NCBI RefSeq assembly: GCF_009914755.1
Contig: NC_060927.1
DNA from: the human T2T-CHM13v2.0 reference genome, Homo sapiens
DNA length: 64,000 nucleotides
Reading direction: 5' to 3' (one strand)
The translations under genes and the position numbers were made by a program. Below the pieces are notes generated by a model, which saw only the letters and a program-made list of their open reading frames with translations, was not told where the DNA came from and ran no database searches. Below are positions 1-14,677 of the stretch, in pieces (the stretch's first letter is position 1; every line of letters begins with the position of its first letter).

Positions 1-1289
1 TTAGAACTCAATCATTAAGTCTTGTAACTCTATTTCAAATAGGTTCTTTCTGGGCCTTCATTATATTTTCAGTTAAATACTGCAAATGCCACTTTCATAA
101 CCTAAAATTGATATATTCAATTAATCTTTATTCAAGAAAACCGGGTATTACTAAGAGGGACTTACTACTAGATTTCTACTGGAAATAAGGAGGATGTGTG
201 TGTGTGTGTACCTAAGCTTGTGTAAATACATTTTTTTTTTTAAATCAGAAAGCTAGCAGCCCATAGGTCATCTTTGTGCAAATAAAAATAGTTCCCTCTC
301 TGGGGGCTGGGCAGCTCCATGGCCTCTCATCTTGTCCAGCTGGGTTACAGAGGCTACATTTCAGTCCCTACTTGCCTTTTTGGCCTGGCGTTCTCACAGC
401 CTCACAGGAGGCTCTATGAAGTATACTGCATTATATTTCAAACTCCAGGATTCTCTGTTCACTGGTATATAGATACAGGTATAAACAATTTCAGATATAA
501 AAAAAACTTACTTCCATATGATTAGATCTGAAGAATTTCAGTAATTCTTTATAACCCTGAAATTCCTTACATAAGGAAGGGAAGAAAGTTAAGCCATTTT
601 ACTTATTTGTACAATGATTTCAGATGTAACCATTTATTGCTATCTGAAGCCTGAAACAAATATCTCAATAGCTGGGAGGCTACAGAAAAGGCTTTCTGAG
701 TAAAGACACGAGAGCTTTTCCAAAAGAATTAATTAAGGTCAGAAATGAAGTGACAGAATCTGAAACTAATTTTCAGAAATCTGAAATACATGAACATCTT
801 TAAAGGAATAAAAAAAGAGAGAAAGGGAGAAAAAGTAGTTCCAAATCATTTGTCAAAGCAAATAGATTTATGTCATGTACTTAAGGTCTAAGTCTATGTG
901 ACAAACAGCTGCCCTTTGATAAACTGTTGAACTCAGAAGTCAATGAAAAAAATGTCACTAAGTAGTACAAGTTTGGAGAAGAATATAACATTATCTGCCC
1001 TATAAATTTTATTTCGTTTCTAGATTAATGACATTTTTAGCACAGATCAAAAATTATATATCTCCTAATAAGTAATGACAACAAGTTTATTTCATTTTCT
1101 AAAATAGAGCCATGGATAACCCACAGGTCATGGGTGAATGTGGCTCTTGATTTGATTGTACCAGACCTCCAGAAAATGTTCTAAAATTCAGTGCATGTTC
1201 TCTTCTGCTAGTAAAAGTCTAAAAGCCAATTTTGTGTGCATATGGGAGATCCAAAGATGAAAACAAACGTAGTCGTAGAATTATAGATT

Positions 1290-1450
1290 ATTTCAGCCAA
1301 AAGGTCCAAATAAATTACCTAACCTCAACTTTTCTTTTTACAGTGAGGAATCTGAGGCCCAGAGAGATTAAGAAGCTTCACAAGTGACATGACTTGTGCC
1401 AAATCACAAGGTCATTTAGTTGCAGAACTGGGACAGGAATTCATGCCCAG
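1290..1450 (-). mobile_element. MIR SINE fragment
   Basis: ttttacagtgaggaatctgaggcccagagagattaag matches the reverse complement of the MIR core; boundaries approximate. Confidence 0.65.
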
Positions 1451-1729
1451 TTCTCTTTTCAAAACCCTGTGGAAAAAAGAAGCACATTGAATTTAGCCTT
1501 TGATTCGTCATCAGCATTATCAGAGGTAAAGCAAAAGGGAGTATTAACAGATGTTCAGCAAAATGGAGGAGGTAAATTCAGAGCAGATGTTTTGACAATG
1601 AAGTAAAGAAGGAGAACTGAGGACACTGAGAGCCTTACATAATATATGAGAATTAATATTCTTATTAATATATTAGTGAGAATATATTGCTCTTATATTC
1701 TTAATCCTCACTGAATTATTTTAGGAATT

Positions 1730-1900
1730 AGCACTGAGCAAATTATTTAACCTTTCTTTGCCTCAGTTTTCTCAGGTTTATTACAAGGTTGTTTACTTAA
1801 CAAAGTAATTATAAATATTAAATGAGAGAATATATATTAAGCACATGAAACAGTGGCTGATATCCTTTCTATATTTTTGATAGTGCGTTATTACTATTAC
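1730..1900 (+). mobile_element. MIR SINE fragment
   Basis: gagcaaattatttaacctttctttgcctcagttttctc...attaaatgagagaatatatattaagcac resembles the MIR core and 3' part. Confidence 0.6.
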
Positions 1901-2419
1901 TTTATCATGTTCACAATTCACACCTGTTAAAACTTCTGTGTTTCTCTATATCATGTATCCATTTAAAGTAATTTAAGTTTTCAGAGACTCTAATTTATGT
2001 ATCTTCACAAATATTGTATTACTTTTTCAAAGCTATAGCATGTGGTTTAAACGTTTCTGGGAGTGGTATATTGGGATTTGCTGAAATTAATCAAGACTAA
2101 ATCTGGAATACATTGGCTTCAGTGTGCACTATTTGCAAAGAAAAATTCTTACAATTAACTTCACTTCACTATTACCAACGTCTTTTCTGTATAAAATTGT
2201 CTTTATTTAAAATGAAGCAAATAAAATCTTGTAAATAGTATTTTCAGGAAAGCAAATTTCTAAATACTGCTACTCTGTGATAAGAAAAATACACTGAAAT
2301 TATAGTTGTAGCAACTAAATTCCCAAATCAAAAATCTGTATTTAGAACACAGTATCTCAGAGTAATCCAAAAGCTGAAAATTAAAACAACTATAGAAACT
2401 GAGAGCATGAGATAGCTGA

Positions 2420-2718
<299 letters not shown>

Positions 2719-3472
2719 AAGCAACAATTCTTTCAAATGGGATGCCAGCACAAAAGCACAGTATCCCAGTAAGAGGGATAGACACTATCCCAGACAGTCC
2801 ATGAGGAGACTCCAACAAAACAATCATCATTCACAAGCACAAAGGCCTCTGATTATTTAAATCCTTTTTTTTCCATTTTCCTTTTAAAACTAGTAACAAA
2901 TAAGCTTTTAAAATGAACAAATTAATGTTTTTTCTTGGTCTCGTTACAGATGAGGTGCATTTTTTTTAAGAGAAATGTTGGAAACAACCTACTGAAGAAA
3001 GGCTAAGTAAGTAATGGTACTTCTATAAGAGGCAATAAGATACAGTAATTAAAAATCATATTTTGAATCAGTTCCATGACATGGGAAAATGATCACAACA
3101 TAGTGATAGTGGAAGAATATGTATGTGTATAGATGTATATTTTATGAGTATGTACATACACACACACACATGCACGCCCAGTATAATCTCAAGTAATTAA
3201 AACTGGCTAAAACAAACTAAAAGAAAATGTACAAATATTTACTTAATTTTACATTTATATAGATGTCAATTTCTTAATAATTTTTGTAACCTTTTAAAGG
3301 AATTAATTATAAATGAATGAAAATTACATTTACAATTCTCCATTTTATTACAATTTTGTACTTTTCATTACATTTTCACTTATTAAAATTTCTTTATCCT
3401 GAACTTCTAATATTAAAAAATGAATGCGTCCATATCTTATCCAGTATAAGTAAGGAGATGTAAGAGTCTCAC

Positions 3473-3719
3473 CAGCTGAGGTTTCCTGTTGTTTTAAAGT
3501 TTGTCTTATCTGCTGCTGTGCTTTTCCTTTGGCTCCCAGTTGTACCATCTCAAGAACCAAAGTTATTCCAAGGGGTGAAAATATAATGTTGTCCTTATGA
3601 GATAAGGAAACCTCTTGATAAAGATCCACTGCAAATTCGGTATTTTTTTGAGCTGAGCATCTTGAGGCTTGACTTCCAAAAAACAGCAATAGAAGACTCC
3701 ACAAGAAGATTGTGTCCAT
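3473..3719 (-). CDS. SERPINI2: Serpin I2 (pancpin/MEPI), first main coding exon (whole exon 3473-3729 including 10 nt upstream of the ATG)
   Basis: MDTIFLWSLLLLFFGSQASRCSA signal peptide followed by the serpin N-terminal motif EFAVDLYQEV...NIIFSPLGITLVLEMVQLGAKG; acceptor aatacag|AGAAGTCAAAATG at 3730-3731; donor CTG|gtgaga at 3471-3472; 247 coding nt (phase 1). The ORF-track tail after ETSAG is intron read-through. Confidence 0.96.
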
Positions 3720-4380
3720 TTTGACTTCTCTGTATTGTTTAAATCAAAATATATTCATTTTCAAAATAGAGTTTTCCACAGAGAGCTCAACAGAAAACTT
3801 TCTACCTGTTGTAGCTTTCTATCTTAATAGAACTTACTACCACAAGTGAACTCTATCCAATTAGATTTCTAAGTATCATCTATTCAGAAAAATAGTTCAT
3901 GTGTTAATGGTATTTCTTACATATCTTCAAGAACCAGTAGAAAATATACTTGTAGTTTTGTAGCAAAAATCAAAAAAGACACTACAATGTTGGAATGTTA
4001 TCAATGGCAATGGTATCTCCAAATAGTTATACAATAGTTTTTTTCTATCTTTTCTCATGGTTAAGTGGGATAACTGTAACTCTGACATCAGGTAAACCTT
4101 CTGTGCTGTCTACTCTACAGTAATTTATAGATCAAGAGGAAGAAATGGAATAAAAACAGACTTACTCCAGTGTGGTTTTAGACCTATAATATTAGAAAAT
4201 TAATGTATTCTAAAGCAACTGAGTAATCTGGCTAACTTTTTACAATTTTCCTCACGCTTTATTTCTTAGGACAAAATAACCCAAAGCCCTCTTCCTGCTT
4301 TTCCAAAAGAAGACAAATACAATGCAGAAAACCTGCAAAGTTTGAAACAAAATGGCAATCAAATATAAATGATACAATAA

Positions 4381-4510
4381 AGTACTATGCTCACTACCTG
4401 GGTGATGAGATCATTTATACCCCAAACCTTAGTGTCAGGCCATATACCCATGTAGCAAACCTGCACATGTACATTAATCTGTAATAAAACTTGAAATTAT
4501 AAAAGAAAAA
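4381..4510 (+). mobile_element. L1 3' end fragment (L1PA15-17-like)
   Basis: gtactatgctcactacctgggtgat...aaacctgcacatgtac...aataaaacttgaaatt followed by an A-rich tail. Confidence 0.85.
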
Positions 4511-5621
4511 ATATAAATAAAATGAAATATAATATCAAAGAATTGACAGAAATACTAACAAATGTAAGAGTAGCAGCAATTAAAAACCATAAACAATTCA
4601 CAAGACTAATAATACCCTATTAAAGTGCTCTCCACTAAAATTGCAGGAAATTCAACCATTTGATTATATCTCAAGCAGAATTAGTTTTGCAATATTACCA
4701 CATATTTGGTAGAATGTTGACTCCAAGGCCTCATAAATTTTAGTAACAATAATTTTACCTTATAAATAATACATGTTAGTAATCCTTAAAAACTTATCCA
4801 TCAGTAAGTTACTAGGAAGTAACCCTTAATTAGGGGTAAAGATGAAAGCCTTTAGAATAGTCTGTTGTCAGCCTTAAGTAGAGACTTACATTTCTAGAGT
4901 GTTTTGCAGATCATTAAGGGTACCATAAATGGTAGGAGTCCCTAAGAACAACTATATTTATATATAAAGATTACTAATAGTCAAATATTGTTCCAAATTA
5001 AACTATGGAGTCATTATTTATCCTTCAATGTATTTTGTTAAACTGTATTTGTTTAGATATATATTTGCAAAAGACAAAAGCCTCAAAAAACAATCCAAAG
5101 CAATTGTTAGAAAATGTGTTGGTAAACTTTAGATATAGACCTATATGCTATTAATATCAAGCAAATGTTTCATTAGGGATTAATTTAGCATATGAGCTTA
5201 TAAATGAGAGTGCAACAATAGTTAAAAACCAGTGAGTAAGAGAAGTTTTACATGCAAAATAAATGTCTGTGTATCATTATCTTCTAATATATTCAATTTC
5301 TCAGAAGACTTCTGACCAAAATATGTGTTTGTAGATACGTAGTCAAAATGTTATTAGTACCTTTAAGTTATCAACTGGAAATACATTAGATATAGCTTTA
5401 TGTATTTGGTTTATATTGGAATAATGAACAGTATTATTAAAAATGTAATTTTTTTCTTTGTGGTAGAATCTCAGTATTAGAGTTTCCTTCTCATTATTAT
5501 TAATAATCTTAATAATTAAATTTATATTATTTGAGCATCCACATCCATTTTTTCTAGAAAATTTCTAAGCACTTAATAAATTATAACCTCAGACAAATAT
5601 TGGTTTTAAAAACTCACTTAC

Positions 5622-5712
5622 CTCATCAGGTTTTGGATCATATCTTATCAGAAAGCACAAAGTAATGCTGAACTAAACAACCTGATGAATAGTCCTATAA
5701 GAACTGGATCTT
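5622..5712 (-). other. SERPINI2: Candidate SERPINI2 alternative 5' exon carrying in-frame upstream ATGs
   Basis: Consensus donor GAG|gtaagt at 5620-5621; ATGs at 5641 and 5626 are in frame with the main ATG after splicing to 3729 (MIQNLMREVK-MDT); 5' boundary uncertain (AG candidates at 5713-5714 or 5695-5696). Confidence 0.6.
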
Positions 5713-5887
5713 CTGATTTGTGGTGAAATCATTTAAGGAGAATAAAAGCGATATGTTAATTAAATAAATTCAAATGATTTTTACACCAAAGTAAATTGAA
5801 ATGCCATTCCATACTCTACTAAACATTCATAGGCAATGTTATTGCATACATACTTATTCAAAAGCTATTTATTTCTAAGGTACTTAC

Positions 5888-5935
5888 CCCAAACTGACTT
5901 CTGATTATTCACTGGAATGTTACAACTAAAATACG
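5888..5935 (-). other. SERPINI2: Candidate SERPINI2 non-coding first exon
   Basis: Strong donor GGG|gtaagt at 5886-5887 immediately downstream of a dense transcription-factor motif cluster; the TSS position is an estimate. Confidence 0.55.
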
Positions 5936-5939
5936 CTTG

Positions 5940-6085
5940 CTGGAAAACTCTTGTACATAAACACCTGAGCGATCAAGGCCAACTCCATTTATCTTGACCA
6001 TTGCTTGATTAATTCCTCTAGAACAAAAGCAGGTGTTCACTACATTTGTATTAAGAACTAACACAATCGGGTTAATGATCAACTG
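5940..6085 (-). promoter_or_regulatory. Candidate SERPINI2 proximal promoter with pancreatic acinar-type motifs
   Basis: E-box CACCTG 5962-5967 with TC-box-like TTTTCCA 14 nt away (5941-5947, minus); FOXA-like TGTTTAT 5957-5963; NR5A2 TCAAGGCCA 5973-5981; GATA 5989-5994; second E-box 6030-6035; HNF1 GGTTAATGATCAAC 6070-6083. Confidence 0.6.
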
Positions 6086-9019
6086 ATGAAATGTGCAAGA
6101 ATTGAGAAAAAAACAATTATAGAATTTTTTAAAAGTATTAAATTTATATTATTATTTTATCCATTATTTTGCTTCTTTTAAAAGTTGCACAGAATTTGAA
6201 AGGATGCGCTACTGGTTGTAAATTTGCTAGTAATTAGTTCTTTTTGTTTCTCACAGGACTCCTACATCAGATTACCAATGCACTTTGTCATAAATATTTC
6301 AGAATGCCTATGAGAAAAAGAATAAAGCTAAATCAAGTCCAGAATACAGAGACAAATCACTGCTGCATTGACAGAGTTCTCAACATTCATCAAATTATAC
6401 AATAGTCAGAGGAGTTTCCTGTGGATATAAGGTCCATTTGAATCCTTAAGAAAAAGAGTGGATATTGAAGAAATATGTTCTTTATTCTGAGCAGAAAGGC
6501 CAGCAAAAAAGATAATGGATTTGCCAAAATATATCAGGACAATACTATTAGCCATAGGTAATTGGATGATAAAAATTGCTGTTACCTTTATGTGCTTTTG
6601 AAACTCTACATGATTTTCTTTGCAAAAAGGTCATTAATAAAAAATTGCATAATTTAATGGGTTTCATCTCATTTTTGTAGTTCAAATCAATCACCTCAAT
6701 GGCAATCAGATATTAAGCACATTGTATTATTTATCTATAGCCTTTGAGAAGAGAAAAAAAATTTAGTTCACTTTTAATTAAATATCTGTTGATCCCCAAA
6801 TTTAATACTATTTCTGATAAACTCATGTAAAAGAAATAAAGTGAATATAGATAGCTTTAAATGGAATTCATTTTTAAAAACTTGTCAGAGGACCCTGTTA
6901 ACATCTTTCCATGTCCTAACATGGCTATAACTTAAAAATAGGCCTGAGAATAGATCATTATAGGCCATAATCTACTAATTAACTAAAATTTTTTGATTTC
7001 CCATATAGGCATCTCCAAATGTTTTCTAGATCTTGAGTTTTATTCTAATATTACCTACTCTATCATAAGCACACTCTAGTGTAGCTTTAACTTAACACAG
7101 AGATAATTTTCCAAAAAGAGTTGTGCAATACAAGAATACTATCATTCTACTTGCTTCACACTGCAATACATAAATATTAAGTCTGAATGTCAAGACTATC
7201 ATTCAATCAATGCTTTTCTACCCATTTACTGACACCAGCAAACATATATCACCAGTACCCTTGGCTACCACATCATTATGTCTGTACACTGCTCAGATCA
7301 CAATGTGATTTATCCAGAAATAGTCCATTACTTTTCCTACCAATGGCAGAGACCGTCACTCTGTCCTACTAAGACCATTTAATGAAATTGTTCTGTAAGG
7401 ACCTTATATTAGAGCAGTTCAGGCAGAATGTTCATTTTCCTGTCTCTTGAGGAGTAAAAAGCAATAGCCATAAATTTATTCTCCCTGGTTTAACCTCTTT
7501 TAATAGACAATGACGACAATACAATTGTCCATAAAATATTACCACAAATTTTTAAAATATTTTCCCAAACCGCTTTTTTCTACAATTCTATTTTGCTCCT
7601 AGAAAATCGGGGTGGGGGGAGAATTATTCATTAATGAGAGCCAAGGTGTCTTGGTAGAAGGTTGATCGCCATTACTGTCCGACTGTAAAGTATAAGCCTA
7701 GGAATATATATAAAAACCACAGCAAAGGGTTACAGTTATCATCTCATCAATTTTCTTATCCTTTTATAGTTTTTTCAAGTAAAAGTGCACTTAATTCCAA
7801 ACTTTAAAAATGTATAAGCAAATGCCCTCATCAGTAAAGAACTTAAAAGTTAATTCTTCCATTTAAGCATGGACTCATTTCAGGCAATTTTTTTTGGTAA
7901 GATTGTTCCTAAATTTTGAGTGATAATAGGAAAATGTTCTGACAAAAGAAAATGTTAAATTATATTTAGTGTAAATATAAGTAATACAAACAAGGTAGCC
8001 TATTGAAAATTATGACATATCCTATTTTAATGTGACCAATTCCTTTTACCACAGAAAAATGGATCATAAGTAATTGAATCTGAATGTTAATTTCAGAAAC
8101 AGTTTATAATGCCTTCAGTTCTGTTAAGAGTTGACAGGTGAGATCCTGCTACCTGCCTAGAAAATTAGATGCTGTGAGTTACAAAAGAAGAGTAAGACAC
8201 AGAAAAAAAGACATTGTCTTTTTTCTTCTTTTTGTGTTTTTTCTCCAAATTATTAGAAACAGTTACCTTGAAAGTCTCATACCTTTAAAAGTTCTCTTCT
8301 CATTGAATATATTTATGAGACAGCTCTTCTTAATTCCTTTTACAGAAGAAGCCCTGATGTTAATTAAGGATGGAATTAGAGTTACAGCATAATACCATGC
8401 ACATGTAGTAGGCTATAGAGAGAAGGTCTGTCTGTATGAACCAGACTATCTCAGGCTATCACATCAAACAAAGTTATCTTCAAGGGTAAACAGTAAAGTA
8501 TATCTAGCAAAAGAATTCCCAAATTAGACTGGAAAAAATATGCCAGATTATGAATTTCCAACTTATGCCAGTGGGCTCATTTAGTATTGGCTTAATAAAC
8601 CACTACATTTTATATAGCTTCACTTCAGAACGCTGAGGGTAGAAAAGGTGCATTCTATTTATATGTGAATACCCGGAACCTAAAATAATCTCTTATACAT
8701 GCCTTCAATACTTACATGAGGGATGGACGGATCAGTGGGGAAAAGAGCCTTTGCAAATTATTTGGTACCCGCATTCTACTTTTATAACATCTTAACATTC
8801 CATTAAATTTCTGGGCATGTGGCTCAGATTTCACTCCATTGTACTATCACCAACCTATGATTCATAAATCATGTGCTCTGAGTTTGAAATGATGGATTAC
8901 CCAGTCAAACCTCCTACCCAGTGCAAGAAGTCTTTGCAATATCCCCGTGAGACAGTTACCCAGTGTCTGCTTGAACATCTCAAATAATCTTTTTGTTCAA
9001 AAGCAACTTTTTATATTTT

Positions 9020-9350
9020 AAAAAAATTTACCTTGAAATACTTTCAAATTTACATAAAAGTTGCAGATATAGTTCAAAGAACTGCTATCTCCACCTCCTC
9101 CTCTTTCCCCAATTGTTAGCATCTACCGCATGTGTGTGTTTCATCTATGTATCTATCCTCCCAATAAGCAAACAGATGTAAATATAGATATGTATATGTG
9201 TTACCTGTGTGTGCATATATATACATTTTATATATACATATAATTAGTATTTTCTGAATCATTTTATAGCAAGCTAAAAACATAATTTCTATCATACTTA
9301 AACATTCTATTATTATATTTTTCTAAAACAAGGACACTTCTTGTACATCA
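9020..9350 (-). mobile_element. Old L1 (L1MC-like) 3' end fragment
   Basis: ttgaaatactttcaaatttacataaaagttgcag...ttttctgaatcatttt...ctaaaacaaggaca resembles an antisense L1MC 3' end. Confidence 0.6.
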
Positions 9351-9659
9351 TCACACCACCCAACAGACAAACACACACGCACACACACACAGAGACAAAT
9401 ATACTTTTCTCCTACAATCTTTCCTGCATGTAATTTTCATTCCATGAGGAGGAAAGGCGATATGAATAGAAGTCATAATGCCTAACTCAGAATACACTTA
9501 AATGTAGTTAGAATAGGCAGCTGTCTTCTGAAAGTCCTTCCATCACCGCCTTCTCCACCAAACCAAAATATTTGCTCCACTGGTGCTGGAAAGTCTAGTG
9601 TTAGAATTCATTCCATTGGCTTTATACTAATAAGAAGCAAGTGTACAGAATGATGAATG

Positions 9660-9830
9660 GCAAATACCATGGTTTGGGAGTAAAACAGACCTGGGTTCCA
9701 ATCTCAACTCTGCCATTGATAATTGAGCACTCTCCTAATAGATTCGCATCTCATATTTTAGCTCTAAGCTAATATATTCATATGATTATTGTGTGGTTTA
9801 AACACAATGGACATTTGCAGTTGCTATACC
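9660..9830 (+). mobile_element. MIR SINE fragment
   Basis: acagacctgggttccaatctcaactctgccattgat resembles the MIR B-box/core. Confidence 0.55.
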
Positions 9831-10568
9831 AAGTGGTCCCCTACCTATTGCAAATTATTTTCCTTTACTACATGTGTTATTGAAAAATTCTTCTTAAACT
9901 TTAGCTGGTTTTGAAAGCACTCTTTAAAATATAAATATACAGTAAGTCATTATAGTTATGTAAATGAATTTACCAATTCTTTCTATAGGACACAATAAAT
10001 AAAGCAGAATAATAATATTGCCTGGAAGATGATTATATTTGTAAATAAAAATGGGTCAACAAACAGAGGCAGTAAGTTAAAGAACCAAATATTTCCCACT
10101 TGACTTTCCACATAGAGTGGGTCCTTTATATAGCCCCAGGCCCTTTGATTTTTTTTCAAGACTATTACATCTTCAATGTGCTATGGCATTCAATTTTAAA
10201 GTACAGTATAACAAACTATTGAAGTAGATCATATGCAGTAATTTTCCAATAAGTTTATAGAATGAATAAAAGCCAATAAGAATTAACAGGAAGTGGTGCT
10301 ATTGACAAAGTCTAATCACCATTATGAGAATCATTTAAAAACTACTAGAAAGTGTAAAAAAGTGGAAACAGTTTTCTTATTCACATTTGTAGATATTTAC
10401 TCCGTCAGTACTTTTCATATATTTCAATGCAGGTTTTACAATGAAAACTGATCAAAAGTGTTTGTCTATAGGAACAACCAGAAGGGCAACTGGTTAGAAC
10501 TTTGTTCTGGAATCATAAAGTTTTTATATAAAAATCCTTGAGAATAAATACCAAGATGTTGCTCCCAC

Positions 10569-10762
10569 TTTAGTTCAATATTTATTTTATTAAGAATACA
10601 GAGAAATTGACAGATGATAGATAAAAGCAGTACTAAATTATCCCATGAAGAGAAAACTTCCTGAAGTTTAAATATAAAATAAAATAAAAGGCAGAATTCT
10701 TGATGCTTTTTCTGCATTTTATATCTGTACCTTATGTAACAGTGAAGGTTTTTCTGTTGTAA
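10569..10762 (-). terminator. WDR49: WDR49 3' UTR with overlapping AATAAA signals
   Basis: Follows the TAA at 10763-10765; TTTATT on + at 10581-10586 and 10586-10591; cleavage site estimated at ~10560-10570. Confidence 0.75.
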
Positions 10763-10912
<150 letters not shown>

Positions 10913-11833
10913 TTATATTTGTTAAGAGACCTATTTAAATGAAATAGTGGGGAGAAAATTCTCAAATTTTGCTTTTTCTAAAAATCTTTGTTTCTAAAAC
11001 ACAGAGTGTATTTGGAAAAATTTTCTCTAAGCTTCTGCTATTCTGTTTACTGCAATTTACATCTAAAAGTTAAATTTTGGTAGAGTTTGTTCTTTTAATG
11101 CATATATCTTAATAGAAATCCACCATTCTAAGGGTAGAGGATTATAGAAGTTCCTGTTTTCCATTTTTGTTTTTTAATCTACTTAACAGCTATCAAGACA
11201 TAAAGAGCCAAGAAAAAATTATTCTGTATTGAAATAAGGCAATTAAAATAGTCAAAACACAGTTTGACTGTCTGCATGAATAAACAAGCGCATCTATAAT
11301 CACGTCCATAGGGGTTTGCAGTTTTAGGAAAAAAAAGAACCAAATTATTTCCATGAGTGGTTATATTGCGCATCAGTGAGAAGTAGGAGGAAATTGTGCC
11401 ATACATTCTAGAAAATAATTTTGGCATTTTGCATAATTTTATTATTTAAACAAATGCTTATTGAATGTCTATTATACACAATGTTCTGTGTTGAGGCATA
11501 AATGAGGCACAAATATGACTAAGTCACAACCTTTCTTCCAATTGGTGGAAACTAGAAGCAGTACCCAAATAACCAAAACATCATATACAATAAGATATCA
11601 TTCCAAGAGAATATAAGCAATGCAAACTGTGTATAAACATGTAAAAGATATTATAACAATATATAAAGATTTTTTAAAAAGCTTTAAGAATTAGGTACTT
11701 ATTTGAGGTAGGTCTTGAATTCCAGATAGGACTTTAATTGAGAATAAGAAACATGGAGGTGGGGAAGAATTGGCAAGGGTTGGATAGGAAGTGTCAACTG
11801 GAGGAAACAAGGTGAATAAAGCATGGAAAAAAA

Positions 11834-12157
<324 letters not shown>

Positions 12158-13464
12158 GAAAAATAATAACTACTATTAGAATAACTCTGAATAATTCAGT
12201 ACAATTTAAAAGAAGCATAAAATATGTGAAAGAAAGTAAAGTGGAATAAATTTGGAGCTGGACCTAGGAACACTTTAAACACCAACCAAAGCATATGAAA
12301 TTAAAAAGTAAACATTGAATGACTTTACAGTATAGTGGCATCTTTATATATTTGGATTAAACACAAAACGAAACAAAAACTTTCCACTTCCAGTGTAAAC
12401 TATACTGTAGAGAGGAAGTTATATAGACCTTGGCTACAAAAGTCAAGATCTTTCCTCTTCTTCTCATGGAAATTATATGAAAGCAACCAGGAAAATTACA
12501 GATAATAACTTTGCAAATAAATTCTACTTTAAGCAAAACTCAAAGAGAGATGTAATCTGCAGCTTACAAAATATAAAGAAGCAAAACAGCTGAGATAGGA
12601 CAAAAGTTGCCCAAGAAAAAGTGAAAAGTATAGAGAGTATACGAAGGCCAGCAGCAGCATCTTAGAATGTGCTGGGAAAAAAATAGTCACTGTGAGTTAC
12701 AGGCTCACCATGAAGTACAAATGCTTTATCCCTTATATACATGGATGCTAAAAAGAGGTGAACATGGTTGGAAGCAGAAGCTCTCTGGGACCTGGTTTGG
12801 ATCGGTGAAATAGATGAGTCAGGGCTACCTGTATCACACACATGAGTCATTTTTTGCTAAAGCAGTCTGTCCCCATGGGTTGTAAAACTTGAAGGATACC
12901 CTGATCTCACATCCCAGCCTCTTACTCAAGGATTTACCACATATTTCAAGCAAAAAAAAAAAAAATCACCTCATTAAAGCTAATTAATTAAAAGAGGAAA
13001 GTTTTAAAATGAACACAGCATGAACACAAACTTATATAAGCAAAAACTAAAACCAATCAAATTGAAGAAAGAGCAGCAAAACTAATCAATACATGAGCCA
13101 CCACCAAAAAATATTGCCATTGCACAAACATTGTTACCAAGCATTTTGACAAAAATTAAATTTTAAAAATTAAAACAGCAGTTGCCTCTATGAAGGAAGA
13201 TCACAGAGCAGAAGTGAAAAAACTAAGGGAGGAGATGAAGACACAAGAGGAAGTGATGAAATATGAGGTAGCAAAACTCAGAAAAAGAGGGAAAAAATCA
13301 CAAGGGAGAACAGAGTTCCTGGAACATAGTAGGAAACCTAGAATATAGAAATGAGAAAAAATATATAATAAAATGAAAATTATAAACAGAATGAATTAGA
13401 AAAATAATAAATGTTGAAGACAGACAAAAAATAGATCAACAAACATATAATTAGAGTAGGTACT

Positions 13465-13819
13465 TGTATTAATTCGCTTTCACACTGCTGATAAAGACAC
13501 ACCCGAAACTGGGGATAAAAAAGCTTTAATTGGACTTAATAGTTTCACATGGCCGGGGAGGTCTCAGAATCACGGCAGAAGGCAAAAAGCACTTCTTACA
13601 TGGCAGCAGCAAGAGAGAAATGAGGAAGAAACAAATGTGGAAACCCTTGATAAACCCATCAGATCTCATGAAAGTTATTCACTATCACGAGAATAGCACG
13701 AGAAAGACTGGCCCGCATGATTCAATTACCTCCCCCTAGGTCCCTCCCACAGCACATGGGAATTCTGGGAGATACAATTCAAATTGAGATTTGAATGGGA
13801 ATACAGCCAAACCATATCA
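13465..13819 (-). mobile_element. THE1-family MaLR solo LTR
   Basis: tgtatt...cacactgctgataaagac...gattcaattacctcccc...cagccaaaccatatca; perfect 5-bp TSD gtact (13460-13464 / 13820-13824). Confidence 0.92.
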
Positions 13820-14272
13820 GTACTTAAGAAAGAAAACCAAAGTATAACAAATATTTAAAGGCATCATTTAATAAAGGTCCTCAAATAAAAGTCAACCTGA
13901 CATATGTTGAAAGGACACATTGTGTACTAGGAATAATTGACTTAGAATACTCAAAACCAAGTGATATCCCAGTAATGTTATTAGACTTTAGAGATAAAGA
14001 GGAAATCTTCTGGCAACCACACAAAATAATCAAGTCACCTAAAAAGGAGAAAAGTATCTTGCATTAGATATTTTATAGAAATGACCAACACCAGAAAAGA
14101 GTAGAGCAATGCCTACAAGATAATCAGGGAAAGAATATGTAAGCTAAGAATATTACATACATTCAAGTTGTCCTTCAAATCCAAAAACTATAAATGGTGT
14201 CAATATGCAAGAAATTTAGGGATTATTGTTCCCAAGAGTCCTCTTTGAGGAAATTTCAAAAAGCTAAACTGA

Positions 14273-14677
<405 letters not shown>

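Noticed and set aside
3348-3472. C-terminal 40 aa of the 123-aa serpin ORF
   Set aside because: Lies beyond the GT donor at 3471-3472; intron read-through with no serpin similarity
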